DNA of 64,000 bases, from positions 4,418 through 68,417 of the IMG/VR virus record IMGVR_UViG_3300042549_005369; one strand, written 5' to 3'. The notes below the pieces were generated by a model. The model had not been told where the DNA came from. It was given only the letters and a program-made list of their open reading frames with translations, and made no database searches. A program made the translations under genes and the position numbers. Positions 8,898-16,352 of this stretch are shown one piece after another. This stretch comes from a virus. Position 1 is the stretch's first letter; every line of letters begins with the position of its first letter.

Positions 8898-10582
8898 ACC
8901 TAGAACCAAACGACGAGTTCCGCCAAGACGGGAAAAAAATTACCCTAGTAAGCATCGCCGATACTGCTGTGGAAATCATTGACCCAAAAGGCACCCAGTG
9001 CACCATTGCCCGCGAAGAGTTCGACAAACTAGTCGCAGGCAGTCTCGCCAAAGGTGCTGAACTGTGGCGCGACGGTAAGTGCATTCACCCCGAAGCCGCG
9101 ACACCTGCCGCGACACCTGCCGCGACACCTGCCGCGACACCTGCCGCGACACCTGCCGCGACACACACTAGTGGCTCCCACAATACCCACGCCCGCTTGT
9201 CCCCATCGGACAGCAAGCGTTGGACGAACTGCACCGCCTCAATCGCCTTCCAAGAAGCCAACTCCCACCGCATTATCGGCGATGGGTCATCGGACGCTTC
9301 TCGCGAAGGCACCGAAGCGCATGACTGGGCGACCAAGGTGCTGCTCAAGGAGATCGCAGAAACAGATGTTCCTTCGGGATTCCGTGACCCTGTGTTGTCC
9401 TACACGAACCACTGCAACAACCTTGTCCCCGAGGGGCAACTCACAAACCTGAAAACCTGCTTGGAAGAAGCAGAACTTGGGTTTGATCCACCTACCCACG
9501 CGGTATTCGTAGAGGAGCAAATCCCGCTCTACTACCAACCCGAGCAGACAGGAACGGCAGACTACATCGCACTAGCTCCGAAGCGCGTATTCGTGCGCGA
9601 CTACAAGCATGGTGCAGGAGTATTGGTGAGCACGCAGGAAAACACCCAGCTTGCCATCTACGCATACTCCATCATCCAGCATCTGCGCCCTGCTTACGGA
9701 TTCTCAGACGACACCATCGTGGACATTGCCATCGTGCAGCCACGTCACCGTGAAGCTGGGGAACCGACACCATGGTGCATCACCGTTGGCGACCTTGCCA
9801 CGTTCTGTGCGGAAATCGAATACCGCGCAATTCAAGCTCGCACCGCCGCAGAGCGAGTGCGCGTAAAGATTGGCACGCCGAACCGCAATGTCAGCAACGC
9901 GGAAGTGCTCGAAGCCGCCCCGGGTGCCGCATTTGCCCCCTCAGAGGGCGATGAAGGTGCCTGCCGTTGGTGCCGCTGCAAAGCATTCTGCTCAAGCCGA
10001 TTGCAAGCCAATACCGAAGGGCTGGAAACACCTGCAAGCAACCCTGCGGATATGTTGGCAGCAATGCCTGAGCTAACCAAGGACGACACCAAGCAACCTG
10101 TGGAGTCACGCATCGCCCTAGTTGGTGAGTGCCTTGGTATGCAAGGTCGCATTCTCGATGACGATTACCTAGTCCGAGTCATGGCTAAAGCCAAGGCAAT
10201 CGGTAAATGGCTCTCCGACGTCGAAGAATACCTCGAAGCCCGTCTATTGGCAGGTGAAGATATTGATGGAGTGAAACTTGTTGATGGCCGCGAAGGCAAC
10301 CGTGACTGGGCAAACGCCGACGCCGCAGAAACCTTTCTCCGTGGACAGGGACTCAAGCAAGAGGAACGATTTGATTTCAAACTCAAGTCACCTGCTGCTG
10401 CCGAGAAACTGCTCAAGGATAAACTCAAGTCATCCGCACGCACCAAATCCCGATTCGAGGAGTTGATTGTTCGTAGTCCCGCGAAGAAGAAGCTCACCGT
10501 GTCCGAGGATAAGCGCGAAGCAGTTTCGGCTGCCGTCGCCACGATGCCTGCGGTTGACGTCGTTGAGGATTTTGAAGTATGA
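8894..10582 (+). CDS. DUF2800 Cas4-like PD-(D/E)xK nuclease
   Basis: HARLSPS..RW..C, GTEAH, GTADYI..RDYKHG, QLAIY, CRWC..C cysteine cluster. Confidence 0.85.
   Translation: MNLEPNDEFRQDGKKITLVSIADTAVEIIDPKGTQCTIAREEFDKLVAGSLAKGAELWRDGKCIHPEAATPAATPAATPAATPAATPAATHTSGSHNTHARLSPSDSKRWTNCTASIAFQEANSHRIIGDGSSDASREGTEAHDWATKVLLKEIAETDVPSGFRDPVLSYTNHCNNLVPEGQLTNLKTCLEEAELGFDPPTHAVFVEEQIPLYYQPEQTGTADYIALAPKRVFVRDYKHGAGVLVSTQENTQLAIYAYSIIQHLRPAYGFSDDTIVDIAIVQPRHREAGEPTPWCITVGDLATFCAEIEYRAIQARTAAERVRVKIGTPNRNVSNAEVLEAAPGAAFAPSEGDEGACRWCRCKAFCSSRLQANTEGLETPASNPADMLAAMPELTKDDTKQPVESRIALVGECLGMQGRILDDDYLVRVMAKAKAIGKWLSDVEEYLEARLLAGEDIDGVKLVDGREGNRDWANADAAETFLRGQGLKQEERFDFKLKSPAAAEKLLKDKLKSSARTKSRFEELIVRSPAKKKLTVSEDKREAVSAAVATMPAVDVVEDFEV
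9095..9164 (+). repeat. 12-bp tandem repeat GCCGCGACACCT x5.8 (AATP)
   Basis: read directly. Confidence 0.95.
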
Positions 10583-10599
10583 TAACCACTGGCAGACTG

Positions 10600-10870
10600 G
10601 TATGTCTCCACACTCCAGCCTCCGCAATGAGGGCATTCAATAGAGCATACGGTTTCAGGCATGAAGCACGACATCTGAATGAGCGACCTGATCGGGGCTT
10701 GGAGTGTGGTAGTAAAATCGGTCATGACTAAAGAGTGAGAAATATCCGCTGGTGTGCGCCCTCGCAGTCACGCAGAAAACACCAGACCACAACCGAGTAG
10801 CGCACTATTCGTAAAATTGTAGAGTGCGACAAGCCGTGCCTACCGAGGCTTAAATCGGTGGGAACAATTT
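10600..10870 (+). ncRNA. candidate structured RNA (or ssDNA) element upstream of ssb
   Basis: CCACACTCCA/TGGAGTGTGG, TTCAG/CTGAA, CTGGTGT/ACACCAG, CGCACT/AGTGCG and ACCGA/TCGGT stems in a ~365-nt intergenic gap. Confidence 0.45.
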
Positions 10871-10948
10871 CTACCACCAGACTCCCACGCCAACAGGAGC
10901 GGCAAATAAACGAGGCACCAAACACGTAATACGAAAATACTAAATACC

Positions 10949-11512
10949 ATGAGTACACTACCCGAAGGCCAACTATTGATTCCTAACGCTCGCATCGGTT
11001 ACCCGAAGCTATTCAAAGCCGAAGGCATCAAAGGTGATCCAACCAGCAAACCCCGTTACGGATGCCAGATTTATCTGCCAAAAACTGACGAGGCTACCAA
11101 GGCGAAGATCGACAAAGAGATCGCACGTCTCACCAAACTCCACTTCAAAGGCGTCAAGCCCAAGTCGAAAGACCTGTGCATCAAAGACGGCGATGGAGAG
11201 GACGGCGATGAGAACACTGCGGGTTACTGGGTCATCTCAGCCAACCGCGCAGAGTCGCAAAACCGCCCACAAGTGGTTGACCGCACACGCAAAGCCATTG
11301 ACAGCAGCGAGTCTGGCAAGGTTTACGCAGGTTGCGTCTGCAACTTCCTCATCTCACTGTTTGTCCCAAAAAACTGGGGCAAGATCACAGCGAGCTTGGA
11401 GATCGTGCAGTTTGTCAAGGACGGCGAACCGTTTGGTGCAGCACGCGTTGCTGCCGAGAACGTAATGCCCGAGTTGCCATCTGACGACGAAGAAGCTGAA
11501 TACGAGGCCTAA
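10949..11512 (+). CDS. ssb: DUF2815 single-stranded DNA-binding protein
   Basis: RIGYPKLF..PRYG, RPQVVD, VYAGC, VQFVKDGEPFG, acidic C-terminal tail. Confidence 0.88.
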   Translation: MSTLPEGQLLIPNARIGYPKLFKAEGIKGDPTSKPRYGCQIYLPKTDEATKAKIDKEIARLTKLHFKGVKPKSKDLCIKDGDGEDGDENTAGYWVISANRAESQNRPQVVDRTRKAIDSSESGKVYAGCVCNFLISLFVPKNWGKITASLEIVQFVKDGEPFGAARVAAENVMPELPSDDEEAEYEA

Positions 11513-11521
11513 TCCCAAACA

Positions 11522-11548
11522 GGTGCGCCCCCGCAATGGGGGCGTGCC
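11522..11548 (+). terminator. GC-rich hairpin after ssb (no U tail)
   Basis: GGTGCGCCCCC-GCAAT-GGGGGCGTGCC. Confidence 0.45.
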
Positions 11549-11563
11549 AAACCACTCTTAGGT

Positions 11564-11704
11564 ATGAAAAATCCCGTTGAATTGCTTAACCAACTCATCG
11601 ACGCGCTATACGCAGCGTCACCATGCTGCCCAGAGGTTCACAAACTGCAAATGCTAGCAGCCGAAATTAAGGGACAGTTGCAAACAGAACACCCACAACC
11701 ATGA
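11564..11704 (+). CDS. small hypothetical protein
   Basis: MKNPVELLNQLIDALY..., ATGA-coupled to next. Confidence 0.45.
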   Translation: MKNPVELLNQLIDALYAASPCCPEVHKLQMLAAEIKGQLQTEHPQP

Positions 11705-11820
11705 TCGACATCATCAAACAACACCCAGTATTTGCAGCGTTCTGCACAATCATCGGCATCTACGCAATGGTTTTTATACTTTGCCTGTGTCAATCAGCTA
11801 AAGATAACTGCGAAGACTAA
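11701..11820 (+). CDS. small membrane peptide
   Basis: MIDIIKQHPVFAAFCTIIGIYAMVFILCLC... Confidence 0.5.
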   Translation: MIDIIKQHPVFAAFCTIIGIYAMVFILCLCQSAKDNCED

Positions 11821-11881
11821 CTGAATATGAGTGATACGCCGAGGACAGATGAAGCCCTAGCAGCCGTGAAAGGAGGAAGCA

Positions 11882-12253
11882 ATGAGTGATGTGATGTTGC
11901 ACGGAGTCTTGAACATGCCTCCTAATCTATGGTGCGACAGTCCAATCGACATAGCACAACGCCACTCTCATTACAAAGATGCTTCGCAACGCATTGAGCA
12001 ACTCGAACGCGAGCTTGCCGAGGCGAAAGAAACCATCGAAATGCTAGAGACGAGACACGGGGCAACAATGTTTTTCCATCAAATGCAAATGAACGAAGTC
12101 ACCAAACAGCGCGATGCGCTGGCTGAGGCGTTAACAAAGATCGAGCAATACGAGCCAATAAGTGAAAACCGATTTGCGATAACATTAGAGTTTTATTGGC
12201 TCGCTCATAAAGCCCTAGCAGCCACGAAAGGAGGGAGCCATGTTACACTATAA
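11882..12253 (+). CDS. coiled-coil hypothetical protein
   Basis: QLERELAEAK, QRDALAEAL; AGGAGG upstream. Confidence 0.7.
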   Translation: MSDVMLHGVLNMPPNLWCDSPIDIAQRHSHYKDASQRIEQLERELAEAKETIEMLETRHGATMFFHQMQMNEVTKQRDALAEALTKIEQYEPISENRFAITLEFYWLAHKALAATKGGSHVTL

Positions 12254-12434
12254 AGATAAAACATTCTGCCCGTTTTATGAGACGTGCGACAAGCAAAATG
12301 AATGTGGTCGCGCATTAACTCCAGCGGTAAAAGCCGCAGCCGCTAATTGGTGGGGAAGCGACGATGCTCCGATTGCAAGGTTTGGGGAAAAACCGCAATG
12401 CCACATTGATAAACAAGAAAAGAAAGAACCATGA
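12240..12434 (+). CDS. small Cys-rich protein
   Basis: FCPFYETC..ECGR...QCH. Confidence 0.6.
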   Translation: MLHYKDKTFCPFYETCDKQNECGRALTPAVKAAAANWWGSDDAPIARFGEKPQCHIDKQEKKEP

Positions 12435-12466
12435 ACACACCAGAACAACAACTTCCACAATAAACC

Positions 12467-13270
12467 ATGCCCAACCTAGTACAATACCCGCACGACAAAT
12501 GGACTATTCACCAAAATAAAACTGGTGATGATTATTCTGCCGCGACTTATTCTCCATCAACCGAAGCCGTGCAATACGCAGATTACATCCTAAATCACTA
12601 CTCGCGATATAGTCATGCCGACAAATTGTGCCTTGCCATTGATCTGGAGAAGCGCGGATGGAAAAATGATAATTCTAACATCCCTTTAAAAACAACTATG
12701 AACATGACAAAACAACTATCGGAATCCCTGTTAGCAGCGTGCAAAGCGGCGGGGATTGAGAAGCCAAAGTATATCGCACAGGATGAAGATGGAGCCGTTT
12801 GGCATTATGATGGAGAACCCGACACGACATACACATCAGATATTGGTATTTTTGCGTTTGTTCCAGACATTGGTGAACACGCCATTAACCTAGACCACCC
12901 GCCCTACGCCGATTACTGGCGTGAGAGTTTGATTGAGTGGGTTGAGCCGCAAGAGATGTTGCCAACTGTGTTTATACCGCATGAAGGCGAGCCACTAGCT
13001 GACGTTCTAGCGCGGCATAGTGAGCATGTTGCTGATGTTAGAAAAAAGGTTAGCGGTATCGAAGCTCTAGTATGTGAAGACATCGCCAAGCGTCAGCAAG
13101 TAGGCATTGCCAAGTATGGCACTAGCGTTGCGGAAAACATGCTGTCACATACGGAATGGTTACAACATGCTTACGAGGAATCTTTAGATATGGCGGTATA
13201 TTTGAAACGAGCCATGGCAGAATTACAAACAACTAGCGGGAAAATTGAAATAGAAAATGAAGACTATTGA
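12467..13270 (+). CDS. mosaic protein with C-terminal MazG-like nucleotide pyrophosphohydrolase domain
   Basis: RQQVGIAKYG...WLQHAYEESLDMAVYL (EExxD). Confidence 0.6.
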   Translation: MPNLVQYPHDKWTIHQNKTGDDYSAATYSPSTEAVQYADYILNHYSRYSHADKLCLAIDLEKRGWKNDNSNIPLKTTMNMTKQLSESLLAACKAAGIEKPKYIAQDEDGAVWHYDGEPDTTYTSDIGIFAFVPDIGEHAINLDHPPYADYWRESLIEWVEPQEMLPTVFIPHEGEPLADVLARHSEHVADVRKKVSGIEALVCEDIAKRQQVGIAKYGTSVAENMLSHTEWLQHAYEESLDMAVYLKRAMAELQTTSGKIEIENEDY

Positions 13271-13463
13271 TTATATGGATTACATATTTGGCGTTTATTG
13301 TATTGCTGTTATTGCTTTTGTTTGCTATGCGACATATTTAATGTCTGTCGGTGCTGATAATAGCGACATCCAAAAACAAGCCGTGAAACATGGATACGCT
13401 GAATACGTGGTTGACAGTGACGGAAAAACAAATTGGCAATGGAAAGAAGAAAAGCATGACTGA
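13257..13463 (+). CDS. membrane-anchored small protein (paralog 1)
   Basis: N-terminal TM helix; KQAVKHGYAEYVVDSDGKTNWQWKE. Confidence 0.7.
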   Translation: MKTIDYMDYIFGVYCIAVIAFVCYATYLMSVGADNSDIQKQAVKHGYAEYVVDSDGKTNWQWKEEKHD

Positions 13464-13635
13464 CATAACTTTTGGTAGCTTGATGTTTGTAATATCACTG
13501 TCTCTTGCCATCTGCTTGCTTATTTCAAGTAATCAAAAAACTGATCTACGCAAACAAGCAGTTGAGCGTGGACATGCTGAATACGTGGTTGACTCAAAGG
13601 GAGAAACAACTTGGCAATGGAAGGAGAAGCAATGA
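13456..13635 (+). CDS. membrane-anchored small protein (paralog 2)
   Basis: N-terminal TM helix; KQAVERGHAEYVVDSKGETTWQWKE. Confidence 0.7.
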   Translation: MTDITFGSLMFVISLSLAICLLISSNQKTDLRKQAVERGHAEYVVDSKGETTWQWKEKQ

Positions 13636-13952
13636 CTGAAGAACAACAAAGAATAGCGATAGCTAAGGCGTGCGGCTACACTGAAGACGAAAGAAATACA
13701 GGCAAGCACGGGACTAAAGAGAAAGGATGGTGGATGAGAGGTCGCTTCTATGTAGGTGACAACTGTCTACCTCAATACCTTCATGACCTCAACGCGATGC
13801 ATGAGGCAGAAGTCGTAATCATAAAATCAGGCTACACAGCTATACGGACTTATGAAGACCTACTTCAAAAACAGATTGCAAACATAATTTTTGCAACCGC
13901 AGCCCAACGCGCCGAGGCTTTCTTGAGAGCACTTAACCTATGGAAAAAATGA
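13632..13952 (+). CDS. phage protein, ABA-sandwich-like (paralog of 15985-16347)
   Basis: IAIAKACG...PQYLHDLNAMHEAE...AEAFLRAL. Confidence 0.65.
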   Translation: MTEEQQRIAIAKACGYTEDERNTGKHGTKEKGWWMRGRFYVGDNCLPQYLHDLNAMHEAEVVIIKSGYTAIRTYEDLLQKQIANIIFATAAQRAEAFLRALNLWKK

Positions 13953-14590
13953 AAGTAGAATTACTATCCCACTTCGGAGACGACCTCATGGTCGCGAACG
14001 TAGCCCGAGTCAGCTACGACAAAGAGGTCGCAGAGTTCGGTGACAAAGATGCCAAGCTCCTGCGATACCTTGCACAGCACAAGCACACGACACCTTTCAG
14101 ACACCCCCAGTTGCAGTTCAGGATCGAGTGTCCCATCTATGTCGAGAGACAGTTGTTCACCCACCAGATTGGTTGGGCTCGCAACAGTATCAGCGGCAGG
14201 TATGTGGACTTCTCCGATGACTATGAGCCACCGACTCAGTATCGCTTGCAGTCGAAAGACTCGAAGCAAGGCAGTGCTGGCAATTTGGGCAGCGTTTTGA
14301 ATGAAGTCTTCATTGAAGATGTGCAAAAGCTCATCAATGAATCCAAGAGGATTTACGATATGATGATGGATTTCGGCGTGTCCAAGGAGCAAGCTCGATG
14401 CCACCTCCCCCTGTGCCTGATGACCAAGTTCATCTGGACTGGCAGCCTTCACGCGTTCATGCACCTGTGCAGCCTACGACTAAAGCCCGACGCACAACAA
14501 GAGACTCGCCTCCTAGTCGCTGACATGCTCGAAGCCGTGCGGGACATCGAGGGACAACCATTCAAACACTCACTTGCCGCTTGGGAATGA
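13949..14590 (+). CDS. thyX: flavin-dependent thymidylate synthase
   Basis: ARVSY, HTTPFRH, RQLFTHQ...NSISGRY, EQAR..LP, LRLKPDAQQE. Confidence 0.9.
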   Translation: MKVELLSHFGDDLMVANVARVSYDKEVAEFGDKDAKLLRYLAQHKHTTPFRHPQLQFRIECPIYVERQLFTHQIGWARNSISGRYVDFSDDYEPPTQYRLQSKDSKQGSAGNLGSVLNEVFIEDVQKLINESKRIYDMMMDFGVSKEQARCHLPLCLMTKFIWTGSLHAFMHLCSLRLKPDAQQETRLLVADMLEAVRDIEGQPFKHSLAAWE

Positions 14591-14886
14591 ACAAACTCTA
14601 TTTCATAACCAAACTCGCTAGCAACCTCAACGCAGTTGGCCTCAGCATCAACGAAGCTGCGGTGCTGGCCGCAATCTACTCGCGCTCAGACGATGCCAAG
14701 TCAATAACCACGAAGAAGCTCAAGGAGATTCTTGGCATCCGATCCCTAGTTCAACCGCTCAAAGTCCTCGGAAATATGGTTCAGCGAGTGTCGCCCCTAA
14801 AAGGGTCGCCCGATTACAACCGAATTAAACTAACCCCGATGGGGGAAAATATCTTAGCCTCAATCCTAAACGTAAACGAAAAATGA
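14587..14886 (+). CDS. putative winged-helix protein
   Basis: LSINEAAVLAAI...IKLTPMGE. Confidence 0.55.
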   Translation: MNKLYFITKLASNLNAVGLSINEAAVLAAIYSRSDDAKSITTKKLKEILGIRSLVQPLKVLGNMVQRVSPLKGSPDYNRIKLTPMGENILASILNVNEK

Positions 14887-15515
14887 GAAACATCAATCTA
14901 CCCAAAGCCCGAGTCTATGTTCGCAAGGATGCGTTCGGCGGCTCGCCCACTGAATACGAACCTGCGTGGCTCGTCTCTGTCCGCGCATTGCGCAATCGCC
15001 CTTTGGTATTCCAAGTCTGGGTCGATGTCTACGCCGCGTGCTATGACAAGATACCCCCGCATTGCCTCTACTGGTATGAGCCTGATTCCTTCCACAAGCC
15101 TCTGCCACTGCACCTGTGTCAGATGTGGGAGTGCCTCTCTGGGAGCATTGAACTGTGGCAGAAAAGCCAGCTTGCCGACGTGCCAGTATTGGCGAACCTT
15201 GGGAGAGGCAACGGGGCAATGGCAGGACACTACTGGTTCACGATTGACTTCCTCCCCGAAGCACAACACCTTGGCATGATCGACGTAGGCGACGTGGAAC
15301 TTCTCGAAGAACATAAAGAAGGCAACGTCATTAAGTTTGCCAACGGGCAGGTTGGGATTTATCCTAATAACCGCATCAAGTGGCTCCCTATCAGCCTGAC
15401 TCCCGCCGACGCCATGAAGCGTATTCCTGATTGGAATGTCGCGACAAACGAACAGTGGGACGAGTGGTGGGGTGATAGCGATGAGTTACTCGGAGATGCG
15501 AAATGGGCATACTAA
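14883..15515 (+). CDS. conserved-looking phage hypothetical protein
   Basis: 210 aa; YDKIP, QMWEC, EHK, YPNNR motifs. Confidence 0.75.
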   Translation: MRNINLPKARVYVRKDAFGGSPTEYEPAWLVSVRALRNRPLVFQVWVDVYAACYDKIPPHCLYWYEPDSFHKPLPLHLCQMWECLSGSIELWQKSQLADVPVLANLGRGNGAMAGHYWFTIDFLPEAQHLGMIDVGDVELLEEHKEGNVIKFANGQVGIYPNNRIKWLPISLTPADAMKRIPDWNVATNEQWDEWWGDSDELLGDAKWAY

Positions 15516-15541
15516 CGAAGTTACCACAAGGGCATACTAAT

Positions 15542-15820
15542 ATGAAAGACTACCGACTTACCAGAGCAGGTGTTGACGCGTTCAACAAACCGAAGAGAAC
15601 ACCAAGCCATCCTACCAAATCCCACGTCGTCGTGGCGAAGGAAGGTGGAGAGATCAAGACGATCCGATTTGGGCAGCAGGGCGTATCGGGTTCACCGAAG
15701 CGCGAAGGGGAATCAGAAGCCGACCGCAAACGTCGCAAGTCGTTCAAGTCTCGCCATGCGAAGAATATCGCTAAGGGCAAGATGAGCGCAGCGTGGTGGG
15801 CCAACCGTGAGAAATGGTGA
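15542..15820 (+). CDS. basic phage protein (DUF6321-like)
   Basis: KTIRFGQQG...RRKSFKSRH...SAAWWA...W. Confidence 0.7.
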   Translation: MKDYRLTRAGVDAFNKPKRTPSHPTKSHVVVAKEGGEIKTIRFGQQGVSGSPKREGESEADRKRRKSFKSRHAKNIAKGKMSAAWWANREKW

Positions 15821-15824
15821 TACT

Positions 15825-15974
15825 ATGAAACCACACCACCACAAAAAGGCTCGCCGACGCCTAGATCGGCAATTCCTCGAAGTCCGCCGCCGCCTCTACC
15901 GCTGGTTCGCCAGTGGTGCGAGCGAGGATATTGCTTTCTACCAACCCAACGGGATACTAAATTTTAAGATATGA
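15825..15974 (+). CDS. small basic protein
   Basis: MKPHHHKKARRRL..., fills the intergenic gap. Confidence 0.4.
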   Translation: MKPHHHKKARRRLDRQFLEVRRRLYRWFASGASEDIAFYQPNGILNFKI

Positions 15975-15984
15975 ACAAACCAAA

Positions 15985-16347
15985 ATGACTGACGACGAAA
16001 TAAACATAGCAATCGCGGAAGCCTGCGGATGGACGTGCCTTGGGCAAGTAGAAGGGTGCAAACCACATGGCTACCCGCCTGACGCTCGCAAACCTACAAC
16101 CAAGGAATTGCTCGAAGCATACGGGCCGTCACCGTGGGATGTCCCAGACTACTGCAACGACCTTAATGCCTGCCGTAAAATAGCCGAACGGCTTAATTCC
16201 TCGGAAAACGACAGACAGGGAGTAGCAGTCGCTTTCTGCGAAGCTCTGGAGGAAATCCACGAGGAGGACAACAGTTGTTGGATAGAATGCGCAGTCCCAT
16301 CTGCAAAACAAGTATGCAGAGCTTTCCTCCGCGCATTGAAAAACTGA
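15985..16347 (+). CDS. phage protein, ABA-sandwich-like
   Basis: INIAIAEACGW...PDYCNDLNA...RAFLRAL. Confidence 0.7.
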   Translation: MTDDEINIAIAEACGWTCLGQVEGCKPHGYPPDARKPTTKELLEAYGPSPWDVPDYCNDLNACRKIAERLNSSENDRQGVAVAFCEALEEIHEEDNSCWIECAVPSAKQVCRAFLRALKN

Positions 16348-16352
16348 CAAAA

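Noticed and set aside
8894-10582. CRISPR-associated Cas4
   Set aside because: Context (SSB, PolA) and motifs fit the stand-alone phage DUF2800 nuclease; no array or cas1
10583-10948. tRNA, tmRNA or hammerhead ribozyme
   Set aside because: No T-loop GTTCRA or cloverleaf, and no CUGANGA...GAAA core found by eye
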